Of a DNA stretch of 64,000 bases, positions 9,914 through 21,200 are shown piece after piece (positions within the stretch are counted from its first letter, which is position 1; each line of letters opens with the position of its first letter). The DNA comes from Spirochaetia bacterium (GTDB lineage Bacteria; Spirochaetota; Spirochaetia; SZUA-6; Bin103). A program made the position numbers and the translations under genes. The stretch spans positions 1,600,001 through 1,664,000 of the forward strand of contig CBDATQ010000001.1 in NCBI GenBank assembly GCA_965199955.1. Direction: 5' to 3'. The notes beneath the pieces were generated by a model. It was not told the DNA's origin. It ran no database searches and saw only the letters and a list, made by a program, of their open reading frames with translations.

Positions 9914-11043
9914 ACAAGACCAGGATCGAGCGGGTCGAGCCCATCCTGTGGGACCGGTGGCTGCTGCTCAAGGTGTACTGCGAGGACGGCACGATCGGCA
10001 TCGGTGAGGGCGGCGTGCACGGCTGGCAGCGCCCCACCGCGACCATGATCGAGGTGATGGCGCGCTACCTGGTCGGACAGGACCCGGACCGCATCGAGCA
10101 CCACTACCAGTGGCTGTACCGGTCCTCGCACTTCATGGGCTCGGTGGTGCAGGGGGCTCTGTCGGCGATCGACATCGCCCTGTGGGACATCAAGGGCAAG
10201 CGGCTGGGCGTGCCCATCCACGACCTGCTGGGCGGCCGCACCCGCGACCGCGCGCGCTGCTACATGCACGTGGCCGGCGGCACCATCGACGGCCTGGCCG
10301 CCGACGCACGTGCCAAGGCCGATGCCGGCTTCACGGCGGTCCGCTTCGATCCGTTCGGGCCGGACTTCCCCCGCTACCACTCGTACGCGAAGTGGGCGGA
10401 CGAAGCGGTGCGCGCGGTGGCCGCGGTGCGCGACGCGGTCGGCCCGGAAGTCGACCTGTGCGTGGAGATCCACCGCCGCATGGCCCCCGCGGAGTCCATC
10501 GCCCTGGGCCGCCGGCTGGAACAGTTCAGCCCGTACTTCTACGAGGACCCGATGCTGCCCGACAGCCCCGCGGTGATGGGCGACGTGCACGAGCGCTGCA
10601 ACCTGCCGATCGCGACCGGCGAGCGGTTCACGACCATCTTCGAGTTCCAGCAGGTGCTGGAGGCGGGCGGAGCCGCCTATGTGCGCCCCGACCTGTGCCT
10701 GTGCGGCGGCATATCGGGATGCAAGAAGGTGGCCGCGATGGCCGAGGCCCACCACGTGAAGGTGATTCCGCACAACCCCTTGAGCCCGATCAGCACCGCC
10801 GCCTGCGTGCAGCTCGACGCGTGCATCCCGAACTTTGCTCTGCAGGAATATACCGGTGAAGCCGAGCCGCCCAAGAGCGACCTGCTGACCGAGCCCCTGG
10901 TCCTGGAGGACGGCTACCTGATGGTCCCCGACGGCCCCGGCCTTGGCATCGAGGTGAACGACGCCGCGCTCGCCCGCCATCCGGTGCAGGACAAGGTGCT
11001 TGCCACCCCCCTCGGCTACGACGGATCCGTGCGCGACTCCTGA
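9910..11043 (+). CDS. dgoD: Galactonate dehydratase-like enzyme (mandelate racemase/enolase superfamily)
   Basis: ATGA overlap at 9910; 'SAIDIALWDIKGK', 'EIHRR', 'FYEDP', 'ATGER', 'PHNPLSPISTAA'. Substrate not certain. Confidence 0.8.
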   Translation: MNKTRIERVEPILWDRWLLLKVYCEDGTIGIGEGGVHGWQRPTATMIEVMARYLVGQDPDRIEHHYQWLYRSSHFMGSVVQGALSAIDIALWDIKGKRLGVPIHDLLGGRTRDRARCYMHVAGGTIDGLAADARAKADAGFTAVRFDPFGPDFPRYHSYAKWADEAVRAVAAVRDAVGPEVDLCVEIHRRMAPAESIALGRRLEQFSPYFYEDPMLPDSPAVMGDVHERCNLPIATGERFTTIFEFQQVLEAGGAAYVRPDLCLCGGISGCKKVAAMAEAHHVKVIPHNPLSPISTAACVQLDACIPNFALQEYTGEAEPPKSDLLTEPLVLEDGYLMVPDGPGLGIEVNDAALARHPVQDKVLATPLGYDGSVRDS

Positions 11044-11252
11044 GCCCGAATCCAGGCGAGGAAGTCGACCAGTTCCTCCTGGAACTGACGATGTGCAGGC
11101 TCGTACGTGCTGGCGATCTCGCCAAGGCGGCCTGGATCGAGTTCGTGTCGTTACGAGGAGTGCGGACGCTGAACACCAGCCTGCGAAGGCTGGAATAGCG
11201 AGACATCTTCCCTGTTCATGGCCTGCCGTCGCTGTGCCGCCGCGCGCTGACC

Positions 11253-11356
11253 TCATCGGGCTGCGGCCGTGAGCGCAGCGAACCGTTCGAAGAAGTCCGG
11301 AAAGGTCTTGGCCGTGCACTCGGGATCCAGGACGGTGAGGCGGGCACGCGCAGGCC
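11253..11356 (-). pseudogene. aroA: 3' remnant of EPSP synthase
   Basis: The reverse strand reads GLRVP(frameshift)LTVLDPECTAKTFPDFFERFAAL..*, the characteristic AroA C-terminal 'DPxCxxKTFPxFF' motif. Confidence 0.6.
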
Positions 11357-11370
11357 GGGACCGGGGGGCG

Positions 11371-12135
11371 TCAGTGGCTGAGGATCTGGCTCAGGAACAG
11401 CTTGGTGCGGTCGGACTGCGGGTTGTTGAAGAACTCGTCCGGGGTGTTCTGCTCGACGATCTGGCCCTCGTCCATGAGGATCACGCGGTCGGCCACCTGC
11501 GAGGCGAAGCCCATCTCGTGCGTGACGACCAGCATGGTCACGCCCGACGCCGCCACGTCGACCATCACGTCGAGCACCTCCTTGATCATCTCCGGATCGA
11601 GCGCCGAGGTCGGCTCGTCGAACAGCATGATCTTGGGCTGCTTGCACAGGGACCGGGCGATGGCCACGCGCTGCTGCTGTCCGCCGGAGAGCTGCCCGGG
11701 ATACTTGTGCGCCTGCTCCGGGATCTTCACGCGCTCGAGCAGATCCATCGCCTGCTGCTCGGCGTCGGCGCGCGACATCTTGCGGACCCAGATCGGCGCC
11801 AGCGTGCAGTTCTGCAGCACGGTCAGGTGCGGGAACAGGTTGAATTGCTGGAACACCATGCCGATTTCCTGCCGAATCGCGTCGATGTTCTTCAGGTCGT
11901 TGGTCATCTCCTTGCCTTCGACCACGATCGATCCCTGCTGGTGCTCCTCCAGCCGGTTGATGCAGCGGATCAGGGTCGACTTGCCGGACCCGGACGGGCC
12001 GCAGATGACGATGCGCTCCTGCTGCGCCACGGTCAGGTCGATGTCGCGCAGCACGTGCAGCGTGCCGAACCACTTGTTCAGGCCCGTGATGCGGATGATC
12101 GGCTCCTTCTCGGCCGACTGGTCGGTGTCTGACAT
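11371..12135 (-). CDS. aapP: General L-amino-acid ABC transporter ATP-binding protein
   Basis: Walker [17 protein letters not shown], '[13 protein letters not shown]'; start ATG 12135. Confidence 0.92.
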   Translation of the reverse strand: MSDTDQSAEKEPIIRITGLNKWFGTLHVLRDIDLTVAQQERIVICGPSGSGKSTLIRCINRLEEHQQGSIVVEGKEMTNDLKNIDAIRQEIGMVFQQFNLFPHLTVLQNCTLAPIWVRKMSRADAEQQAMDLLERVKIPEQAHKYPGQLSGGQQQRVAIARSLCKQPKIMLFDEPTSALDPEMIKEVLDVMVDVAASGVTMLVVTHEMGFASQVADRVILMDEGQIVEQNTPDEFFNNPQSDRTKLFLSQILSH

Positions 12136-12152
12136 GCTTCGCTCCCTTGTTC

Positions 12153-13355
12153 CTAGCGCCGGGTGGTGTCGAGGCGTCTCTCCAGGTTGATCGAGTAGCG
12201 CGACATGGAGAAACAGATCACGAAGAAGAACAGCGCCGCGATCAGGAAGGTCTCGTGATCGACCTTGCCGATCCAGTCCGGGTTGGTCTGCAGCAGCCGC
12301 GCCTGCCCCAGGATGTCGAACAGCCCGATGGTGACCACCAGGGTGGTGTCCTTGAACAGGCCGATGAAGGTGTTGACGATGCCGGGGATCGAGATCTTGA
12401 GCGCCTGCGGCAGGATGACCAGGCGCATCATTTTCCAGTAGCTCAGGCCCATCGCCTGGGCCGCCTCGTACTGGCCGTTCGGGATCGCCTGCAGTCCGCC
12501 GCGGATCACCTCCGCCATGTAGGCCGAGGAGAAGGCGGTGACCATCACCATGACGCGGATGAGCTGATCGAGCGAGACACCGGGAGGCAGGAAAAACTCC
12601 AGGATGATGATCGCCACGAACAGCAGCGTGATCAGCGGCATCCCGCGTATCACCTCGATGAAGCCGATGGAGGCAAAGCGGATCACCGGCAGGGTCGAGC
12701 GCCGCCCGAGCGCCAGCAGGATGCCGATCGGCAGCGACATCGCGATGCCGGACAGGCCCGCCACCAGGTTCAACATGAAGCCGCCGAACTTGTCCGTGGA
12801 GATGCTGCGGATGCCGAACAGGCTGCCGATGACCTCGCCCTGCTCGTTGTAGATCGGCAGCCCGCCGACCAGCAGGAAGGTGGCGATCACCACGTACGCG
12901 ATCGAGAATCGGCGGCCGTAGCGGGCGTAGGGGAGCTTGTCGAACAGCACGTACGCCACGGCCGGGATCAGGAGGATCACGGCGAGGTTGACCCGCCAGT
13001 AGGAGTCGTTCGGGTAGAAGCCGTAGAGGAACTGCGAGATGCGCTGGTCGATCCACGCCCAGCAGGCGCCCGCTGCCGTGCACTCCTCACCGGTGGCGCC
13101 ACTGAAATCGGCGTTGAAGAACGCCCAACCCAGCAAGGGCGGCACGATGCGCCAGAGCACCAGCAGCCCAGCCACGGTGAGGACGGTGTTCAGCCAGCTC
13201 GAAAAGAGGTTGGTGCGCAGCCAGCCCAGCACGCCGACGGTCGTGACCGGGGCCGGGCGGCCCGGCACCATCTGTGCCCGCGTCCGGTAGAACGAGTGAT
13301 CGGAGGGGGCCTGTCGCGCCTCGGGTTCGCTCATCACCGATCCAGACGATTTCAT
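12153..13355 (-). CDS. aapM: General L-amino-acid ABC transporter permease
   Basis: '[12 protein letters not shown]', 'GACWAWI', '[22 protein letters not shown]', 'FKDTTLV'. Start at 13355 (ATGA overlap) or 13334. Confidence 0.9.
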   Translation of the reverse strand: MKSSGSVMSEPEARQAPSDHSFYRTRAQMVPGRPAPVTTVGVLGWLRTNLFSSWLNTVLTVAGLLVLWRIVPPLLGWAFFNADFSGATGEECTAAGACWAWIDQRISQFLYGFYPNDSYWRVNLAVILLIPAVAYVLFDKLPYARYGRRFSIAYVVIATFLLVGGLPIYNEQGEVIGSLFGIRSISTDKFGGFMLNLVAGLSGIAMSLPIGILLALGRRSTLPVIRFASIGFIEVIRGMPLITLLFVAIIILEFFLPPGVSLDQLIRVMVMVTAFSSAYMAEVIRGGLQAIPNGQYEAAQAMGLSYWKMMRLVILPQALKISIPGIVNTFIGLFKDTTLVVTIGLFDILGQARLLQTNPDWIGKVDHETFLIAALFFFVICFSMSRYSINLERRLDTTRR

Positions 13356-14548
13356 CGTTCCACCAGAGCGATGCGGCGGTTGTACCAGTTCATGAAGGTG
13401 GAGGTGAGGAGGCTCAGGGAGAGGTAGATGACCATGAAGAGGGAAATCACCTCGATGGCCTGTCCGCTCTGGTTGAGGATGGTATTGCCGACCGACACCA
13501 GGTCCTGGTAGCCGATCGCCACCGCCAGCGAGGAGTTCTTGGTGAGATTCAGGTACTGGCTGGTGAGCGGCGGGACGATGGCGCGCAGCGCCTGCGGCAG
13601 GATGATCTTGCGCAGGGTGAGCCCGGGCGGCAGGCCGAGCGCGCCGGCCGCCTCGGTCTGTCCCTTGCTCACCGACAGGATGCCGGCGCGCACGATCTCG
13701 GAGATGAAGGCGCCGGTGTACGTGGACAAGGCGATCCACAGGGCGACCAGCTCCGGCGTAACGCTGAAGCCGCCCTGCAGGTTGAACCGGCCCATCACCG
13801 GCATGTCGAAGGCGATGGGCCGGCCCAGGATGAAGTACATGATCAGCGGCAGCCCGACGATCAGCCCCAGCCCGGTCCAGCCCGCGGGGAATTTCTCACC
13901 GGTCGCCTCCTGCCGCGCCCTGGCCCAGCGTGCCAGGATCACCGTCGCGCCGATGGCGCCGATCAGTGCGATCAGGATCCCGATCGCGGCCGCTTCGAAC
14001 ATCGGTGCCGGCAACTGCACGCCACGGTTGTTGAGGAACACGGTGTCGGCGATGGAGATGCTGTCGCGCACCCGCGGCAGGGCCAGCAGGATCACCCACC
14101 AGAAGATGATCTGCAGCAGCAACGGGACGTTGCGCGTGAACTCGACGTAGACGGTGACGATGCGGCTGACCAGGAAGTTGCTCGACAGGCGCAGTACGCC
14201 GGCCAGGAAGCCGACGATCGTGGCCGCGACAACGCCGAGGGCCGCCACCAGGACGGTGTTCAGGCCGCCGACGATGAACGCCTTCCCGTAGGTGTGCGTC
14301 GAGTCGTAGGCGATCAGCCGCTGGTTGATGTCGAAGGCGGACGTGTCGAACAGGAAGCCGTAGCCTGGTGACAGATTGGCGCGCTGCAGGTTGGCGATCG
14401 TGTTCGAGACGACGATCGCAATGAACAGCGCCGCCCCCAGCACCAGCAGGAGCTGGAGGGCGAAGCTGCGCGGAGTACCGCCTATGAGCGGTACTCCGCG
14501 ATGGCCTGACGGCTTAGCGGAACGGCGGCGCGTAGAGGATGCCTCCAT
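13352..14548 (-). CDS. aapQ: General L-amino-acid ABC transporter permease (start uncertain)
   Basis: 'GYGFL', 'YVEFTRNVPLLLQIIFW', 'PELVALWIALSTYTGAFISEIVRAGI', 'YLNLTKNSSLA'. The 5' end overlaps a hairpin. Confidence 0.88.
   Translation of the reverse strand: MEASSTRRRSAKPSGHRGVPLIGGTPRSFALQLLLVLGAALFIAIVVSNTIANLQRANLSPGYGFLFDTSAFDINQRLIAYDSTHTYGKAFIVGGLNTVLVAALGVVAATIVGFLAGVLRLSSNFLVSRIVTVYVEFTRNVPLLLQIIFWWVILLALPRVRDSISIADTVFLNNRGVQLPAPMFEAAAIGILIALIGAIGATVILARWARARQEATGEKFPAGWTGLGLIVGLPLIMYFILGRPIAFDMPVMGRFNLQGGFSVTPELVALWIALSTYTGAFISEIVRAGILSVSKGQTEAAGALGLPPGLTLRKIILPQALRAIVPPLTSQYLNLTKNSSLAVAIGYQDLVSVGNTILNQSGQAIEVISLFMVIYLSLSLLTSTFMNWYNRRIALVER
14469..14500. terminator. 13-bp stem-loop between aapJ and aapQ
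   Basis: cgcggagtaccgc-ctatga-gcggtactccgcg directly after the aapJ stop. Confidence 0.55.
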
Positions 14549-15545
14549 CCGTATACAGCGCGTTCAAGCCGCGCTGCAGGCCCAGCGCGGTGTCCGGGCC
14601 GACGTAGCGGTCGAAGATCTCGGCGTAGTTGCCTTCCGCCGCGATCGCCCGCACGGCCCACTCGGCGTCGAGCCCCAGAATCTCGCCGTAGCTGCCCTCG
14701 GTACCGAGCATGCGGTTGATCTCCGGGTGGTCGGTGCCGGCGGCCAGCTCCATCACGTTGTCCTGCGTGATGCCGAGCTCCTCGGCGATGATCAGCGCGT
14801 TCAGCACCCAGCGCGCGATGTCCGCCCAGTGGTCGTCACCCTGGCGGACCAACGGCCCCAGGGGCTCCTTGGAGACGATCTCCGGGAACACCATGTGCGC
14901 GTCCGGATCGTCGAAGGTCGCCTTGGTGGCGGCCAGGCCGGATGCGTCCGTGGTGTACACGTCGCAGCGCTCCGCCTCGTAGGCGGAGCGGGCTTCCGCG
15001 TTGGTCTCGATCGGCACCGGCTCGTAGCTCATGTTGTTGGTGCGGAAGAAGTCCGCCAGGTTGAGCTCGGTGGTGGTGCCGGTCTGGATGCATACCGACG
15101 CGCCGTCCAGCTCGGTGGCGCTGGTGATGCCCAGCGACGTGCGGCCGATGAAGCCCTGCCCGTCGTAGTAGTTGACGCCGACGAAGGTCAGGCCCAGGTC
15201 GACATCGCGCGAGAACGTCCACGTGGTGTTCCGCGACAGCACGTCGATCTCACCCGCCTGCAGCGCCGGGAAGCGATTCGCGCCGGTCAGGTTCACAAAC
15301 GAGATCGCGTTGGAGTCGCCCAGCACGGCCGCTGCCAGCGCCCGGCAGTAGGCGACGTCGAAGCCTTCCCAGTTGCCGTCGTCGTCGGTGTTCGCGAAGC
15401 CCGTGAGACCGGTGTTGATCCCGCACTTCAGCTCCCCGGCGGCCTGCACGGCGGCGAGCGTCTGCTGCGCCTGCAGCGCGGCGGCCCCCACGACCGCGAA
15501 CACGGCGGCCAGTCCGACCGCCTTGATGTGAGTTGTCGTCTTCAT
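14514..15545 (-). CDS. aapJ: General L-amino-acid ABC transporter substrate-binding protein
   Basis: SD AGGAGG; 'GFDVAYCRALAAAV', 'LSRNTTWTFSRD', 'SKEPLGP', 'GGILYAPPFR' C-terminus. Confidence 0.93.
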   Translation of the reverse strand: MKTTTHIKAVGLAAVFAVVGAAALQAQQTLAAVQAAGELKCGINTGLTGFANTDDDGNWEGFDVAYCRALAAAVLGDSNAISFVNLTGANRFPALQAGEIDVLSRNTTWTFSRDVDLGLTFVGVNYYDGQGFIGRTSLGITSATELDGASVCIQTGTTTELNLADFFRTNNMSYEPVPIETNAEARSAYEAERCDVYTTDASGLAATKATFDDPDAHMVFPEIVSKEPLGPLVRQGDDHWADIARWVLNALIIAEELGITQDNVMELAAGTDHPEINRMLGTEGSYGEILGLDAEWAVRAIAAEGNYAEIFDRYVGPDTALGLQRGLNALYTDGGILYAPPFR

Positions 15546-15655
15546 CAGATTCCCACTCCTCCTTGGTTCCATCCGATGGTTCTAACGGGCGCTTTCCGCA
15601 GCCCCGCGTGAACATAGCCGATGCCGTCCGGGCATGGCAACGGGTCGTTCGGGAG

Positions 15656-16654
15656 TCACTCCCAGCGCAGCGTCACCTCCCGCCCGTGCGCGGCCGAGCG
15701 TTCGGCCGCCTCCACCATGCGCAGCGCGTCCAGCGCGTCGGACAGGGTGGAAAGCGGCGGTTCGCCGCCGAGCACGCACTGCTCGACGAAGTACTCCACC
15801 TCGTAGCGGAAGGCGTCGACGTAGCCGGGCATGCCGAAGCCGGGGCCGCCGTCCTCCTGGTACACTGCCTCGTTCCAGGAGTAGCTGACGCCGCCGCGCG
15901 TGCCCAGCACCTTGTACTGCACCAGCCACGGGTCGTTGGTGGGGTCGGTGGCCGCGAAGCTCGCCCACAGGTTGGCCAGGGCGCCGCCGGGCATCCGGCA
16001 GGTGATCGCGGTCTGCGCCGCGTCCGGCACCCCCGGCGCATGCACGCCGGGGACGGCCATGCAGCTCAGGCGCTCGGGGCGCCCGAGCAGATGCAGCAGC
16101 GAGTAGCAGTGGTGGACGCACACGACGCGGAGGATGGAGCCGTACTTGCGGATCAGGTCGGCGTCGTGGAACAGGTTGTAGAGCATCCAGAAGGCGGCGA
16201 CCGGGCCCAGCTTGCCCGCCTCGATCAGCTCCCTGGCCCGGCGCAGGGCCGGCACGTAGATGTAGTTGTGTCCCGGCATGCAGGTGCGGCCGGCACGCTC
16301 GGCGGCGCGCATCAGGCGACGGATGTCGGCCGTGCGATGCGCGACCGGCTTCTCCACCAGCACATCCTTGCCGGCGCGCAACGCGGCCAGCGCCGCGGCG
16401 ACATGCCCCGCCGGCGGGGTCAGGACGTGCACGGCGTCGACGTCGGGGTCGCCGACCAGCTCCTTCAGGGTGCGGTAGTCGCGCCCGCCGTGGCGGGCGG
16501 TCAGCGCCGCGGCCTTGCCAGGCTCGGCGTCGTACGCGCCGATGAACCGCGCGCGCTCGCAGGCGGCGACGGCGCGCCCGTGCAACTCCGCGACCAGGCC
16601 CGCGCCCACGAAGGCGATGCCGACGCGGTCGTTCGCTCCGGCGGGTTCTGCCAT
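15656..16654 (-). CDS. Gfo/Idh/MocA family oxidoreductase
   Basis: 'AFVGAGLVA', 'DVDAVHVLTP', 'GKDVLVEKP'. Confidence 0.9.
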   Translation of the reverse strand: MAEPAGANDRVGIAFVGAGLVAELHGRAVAACERARFIGAYDAEPGKAAALTARHGGRDYRTLKELVGDPDVDAVHVLTPPAGHVAAALAALRAGKDVLVEKPVAHRTADIRRLMRAAERAGRTCMPGHNYIYVPALRRARELIEAGKLGPVAAFWMLYNLFHDADLIRKYGSILRVVCVHHCYSLLHLLGRPERLSCMAVPGVHAPGVPDAAQTAITCRMPGGALANLWASFAATDPTNDPWLVQYKVLGTRGGVSYSWNEAVYQEDGGPGFGMPGYVDAFRYEVEYFVEQCVLGGEPPLSTLSDALDALRMVEAAERSAAHGREVTLRWE

Positions 16655-16671
16655 GGGTCCCTACCAGATCG

Positions 16672-18171
16672 CTAATCGTAGAGCCGGTACGCGTACAGGG
16701 CCGCTCCGTCCACGCGGAAGTGGAGCCACACGGTCTGCCCGCGCAGCTCGCGCAGGTCGGCCTTGTCCTTCCAGCGCACCGCGGTGCGGGAGCCGCCGGC
16801 CAGCTCGATCCGGCAGTCGTCCAGGCCGTAGCCGTCGATGAACTCGCCGTCCGTACGCCGCACGCCCACCTGCACGGCGCCGGCGAACAGCCGCTCGGCG
16901 TTCACTTCCAGCTTGTCCCGCTCGATCCGGAGCGGCTTGGTGAGCAGCTCGCCCGGCTCGCGGCGCGAGTGCGCCATGCCGGCGAAGCGGTCGCGCATGA
17001 TCCACATCAGGCCCATCGCCATCGGCATGCCGGCGCCGGTGCCGGCCGCGCCGCCGGTGTAGAACAGGAAGATCTTCTCGCCGTTCTCGATCGGCGTGTT
17101 GTGCGTGGGGTAGACCAGCACGCGGTCGAACGAGCCGGCCGGACCGGTGTCCAGGAACAGCGTGCCGGGGCAGACCCGCTGCCACGGCTGGCCGTCGCGG
17201 TTGCTGACCAGCTCGCAGCCGTCGCCGTAGCCGGCGTTGCACCAGCGCTCCAGGAATCCCAGGTTCAGGTTGCCGTAGTTGAACGGCGTGATGCCGCCGT
17301 GCCACTCGTACGCGCGGCCGAAGCCGGAGTCGGGCTGGTTGAACACCGCCATCTCGGCCGGGTCGGTCCAGTGCACGAGATCGGCGCTGGTGCGCAGCGC
17401 CGCGTTGCGGCCGAACAGGTTGAGGGCGCGCTCGTTCAGCCACCAGCGGCGGTTGCGCTCGTCGCGGGTGACCATCATGTAGTCGCCGTGCCGCATCGGC
17501 AGCAGCCGCCTGGGCCGGCGCGTCCAGTGCACGCCGTCCGGGCTGGTGTCCAGGTACTGGCCCCAGACGGCGCGCGCTTGCTCCACCTGCTCCGGGGTGA
17601 CGTCCGGGTACTGCTCCGGGTAGGCCGGCGCCCACATGCGGTGGTCCTGCATGTTGGCGATCAGCTTGTAGCGGCGCTCGGGGTCCGGGTCGTCCTCGTC
17701 GCGGATCACGGTGAGGCCGTCCATGTTGTTGAGCACGCCGATCACCTCGCCGTGCTCGTCGGTGGCCGGCAGCCCCTCGCCGCGGCGGGCCAGCTCGAAC
17801 TCGACCAGGTTGTCGCCGTCGGGCGCGAACGTGTACCAGAGGTTGTTCGCGGAGCTGCCGCGGTAGCGCACCACGCCCAGGTCGGGCTTGGTCCAGTGGC
17901 GGCCGTCCATGCTCTCGGCCAGCGCGTAGCCGCCGCGGTCCAGCTCGCCCGGCTTGCGCGCGGTGTTCATGGCGAAGTACCACATGCGCAGGCGGTGACC
18001 GGGCTCGCGGACCACGCTCCCCCACGCCTGCGCGCGGTCTCCCTCCCACGGCCGGTCGGCGCGCAGCACCGGGCGCGGAAACCGCGACGGCTTGTTCACC
18101 ACCCGGACCAGGTTCACGTAGTGCTGGATCTCGGCGTCGTCGACGAACAGGTGCAGGTCGGGATCATTCAT
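16672..18171 (-). CDS. GH32/GH43-like beta-propeller protein (paralog 3)
   Basis: 'HLFVDD', 'PVL..DRPWE', 'SMDGRHWTKPDLG', 'DPDPERRYK', 'SPDGVHW', 'LYAYR'. Confidence 0.75.
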   Translation of the reverse strand: MNDPDLHLFVDDAEIQHYVNLVRVVNKPSRFPRPVLRADRPWEGDRAQAWGSVVREPGHRLRMWYFAMNTARKPGELDRGGYALAESMDGRHWTKPDLGVVRYRGSSANNLWYTFAPDGDNLVEFELARRGEGLPATDEHGEVIGVLNNMDGLTVIRDEDDPDPERRYKLIANMQDHRMWAPAYPEQYPDVTPEQVEQARAVWGQYLDTSPDGVHWTRRPRRLLPMRHGDYMMVTRDERNRRWWLNERALNLFGRNAALRTSADLVHWTDPAEMAVFNQPDSGFGRAYEWHGGITPFNYGNLNLGFLERWCNAGYGDGCELVSNRDGQPWQRVCPGTLFLDTGPAGSFDRVLVYPTHNTPIENGEKIFLFYTGGAAGTGAGMPMAMGLMWIMRDRFAGMAHSRREPGELLTKPLRIERDKLEVNAERLFAGAVQVGVRRTDGEFIDGYGLDDCRIELAGGSRTAVRWKDKADLRELRGQTVWLHFRVDGAALYAYRLYD

Positions 18172-18221
18172 CGCCGTGCAGCTTAGTGGCCGCACGGGCT
18201 GCCGTGCTACCGTCAGGTCTC

Positions 18222-21200
18222 ATGCGACATCTGTTCATAGACGACGGCGAGCTCACGCGGGTGGAGCGGCTGTACCGGCGGGTGCATCAGCCGCGCCGGC
18301 ATCCGGACAACCCGGTGCTGGACGGCGATACGCCGTGGGAGACGCACGTGTCGGTGTACGGCACCACGCTGTACGACGAGGAGCGCGGCCTGTTTCGCCG
18401 CTGGTACCTGACCAGCCCGGGCAGCAACGAGGAGCGGGTGTCGGTCGGTCCGGCCGGCGGCCGGGTGCTCAGCATTCCCGGCAACGTGACGCTGCTCGGC
18501 TACGCCACCTCCACCGACGGCGTGCACTGGGAGAAACCGGACCTGGGCCAGATGGCCATCGCCGGCGACAGCCACAACAACATCCTGCACATCGGCCGCC
18601 TCAACTGCGAAGGCGCCTCGATCATCGAGGATCCGGACGACCCCGACCCCGACAAGCGCTTCAAGGCCTTCTACTGGGAGCACGGCGGCGACGGCACGCT
18701 GACCAAGCTGCCGGGCGGCCGCGTGCTGTTCGGGACCGGCGACGGCGACGGCATGTGGATCTCGCATTCTCCCGACGGCGTGCGCTGGACGAACTACGCC
18801 ACCAACCCGGCCATCGCGCTGGGCTCCGACACCGACCAGACCGTGCTGCGCGACCCGGCCCTGCACCGCTACGTCGCCTTCGGGCGCTTCAACGCCGGCG
18901 GGCGCAAGATGGCGCGCGCCGAGAGCGACGACTTCGTGCACTGGACCGAGCCCGAGCTCGTGTTCGAGTGCGACGAGGGCGACGAGGCGGAGACGCAGTT
19001 CTATGGGGTGCCCATCGACCTCTACGAGGGGCTCTACCTGGGCATGCCGTGGATCTACCGCGAGGGGGTGGACGGCACGATCGACACCCAGCTCGCCGTC
19101 AGCCGCGACGGCATCGACTGGCAGCGGGTGGGCGCGCGCGAGACCTTCCTGTCGCTCGGCGCGCCGGGCGGCCCGGAGGACGGTATGTGCCGGGTCGGCA
19201 AGCGGTTCATCGTCCGCGGCGATCAGATCTACCTGTTCTACGGCGCCGTGCAGGGGCCGCACGGCGGGCGCAAGTTCTCCGGCAACTCGCGCGCGACCGG
19301 CCTGTGCCTGGCGCTGCTGCGTCGCGACGGGTTCGTGTCCATGAGCGGCGACGGCGACGGCGGCTGGCTGCTGACGCGTCCGGTGGCGGTGGATGCGGGC
19401 CGGGGCGAGGCCGCACTGCACCTGAACGTGAACGCACGCGGGCGGGCGGTGGTCACGCTCTGCGACGACGACGGAGTGCCGATCGAGGGGTTCGAGCCGT
19501 CGCGGGCGGTGTCGGGCGATCACACCGACGTGACCGTGGCTTGGCCCGACCGGCAGATCGGAGCGCTGGCCGGGCAGCGGCTGAGGCTGCGGATCGAGCT
19601 GCACGAGGCCGACCTCTTCTCGTTCTGGTTGGAGTGTATGGCACCGGCGGCGGATTCCGAGCCGAACGCGGCGCCCGCGGCCGGCCATCCCCGCGTCTAC
19701 TTCACCGCGGAGTCGCTCGAACGGCTGCGCGGGCAGGCTGACTCGCAGGCGTTCGCGCCGCTCCTGGCGACGATGCGCGAGCGCGCGCAGGCGGCGCTGG
19801 CCGAGCCGATGCCGGAGGTGGTGCTGCCCGACGACCTGCTGCTTCCGGGCGAGCCCACCTGGGACCAGCGCTACCCGCGCGACGAGGAGACCTTCGCGGC
19901 GCACGAGCGGATGATGTACCCGCTGCGCGCGCTGTACGTCGCGCTGCCGGCCACGGCCTTCGTGGCCATGCTCGACGGCGACCGGGCGTGCCGGGACTAC
20001 GCGGTGGCGGGGATGCGGCACCTGGCCGGGCTCGACCTGGAGAGGACCTCCTACCTCAACACTCACCAGTTCCACGGCGTGGTGCCGTCCGTGTCGCAGG
20101 CGCTGGACTACCTGTGGGACGACCTGGGCGCGGACCGCTCATTCGTCGTCACCGGGCTCGCTGCGCGCGCCGGCGAGTTCCACGCGCACAGCGTGCTCAA
20201 CACCTTCGACAACCCCCTGGACAGCCACAGCATCGTCTACGGGCCGCCGGAGATGGCGGTGGCGGCCCTGGCGCTCTACCACCACGTGCCGGAGGCGGCC
20301 GGCTGGCTGGCCGACGTCGAGCGGTTCCTGGCCGAGGCGTTCCCGGGCTACGGCGGCGCCGACGGCGGCTGGGGACAAGGCTTCGGCTACGTCTACAGCC
20401 ACTACTTCCAGCGCATCGCGCATCTCTTTCGCGTTGCCACCGGCGCCGATCACTTCGATCGGCCGTGGGGCCGCAACAACGGCCGCCACTTCCTGTATTT
20501 CCGGCCGCCGTGGAGCACCTGCACCAGCTTCGGGGACGCCTCCTACTCCACCCACCCGGCACTCAACCGGCAGATCATGGGGATGTACGGGCGCGTCTAC
20601 GGCGACCCGGTCTACCGCTGGTACGCGGAGCAGGTAGAGGACGGCGACGCGGCCGGCCGCGACCCGCTGGCCGAGCTGAGCGCCCGCCTCACCTGGCCGG
20701 AACCGCCGGCCGCCACGCCGCCGCACGAACTGCCGCGTTCGGTCCACTTCGCCGACACCGGCTGGGTCGCCTTGCACAGCGACCTCACCTCGCGCGAGGC
20801 GAACGTGATGCTCTGCTTCAAGAGCAGCCGCTTCGGCTCGTTCAGCCACAGCCACGCCGACCAGAACAGCTTCGTGCTGGAGGCGTTCGGCCGGTCGCTG
20901 CTGATCGACAGCGGCTTCTACCCCTGGTACGGCAGCCCGCACGATCTTGCCTGGACCCGCCACACCCGCGCCCACAACGCGGTGCTGGTCGACGACCGCG
21001 GCCAGGCGGTCTGGAGGGTGGAGGCGAGCGGCCGCATCATCGCCTTCGCGACCGGGCCGGACTACGATTACTGCGCCGGTGACGCGACCGCGGCGTACGG
21101 GCTCGAGTCCCACGAGCACACCCACCGCCCGCTGCGCTTGAGCGAGCGCAGCGCTGCGGAGCTGGGCGTCGAGCGCGCCATCCGCCACGTGATCTTCCTG

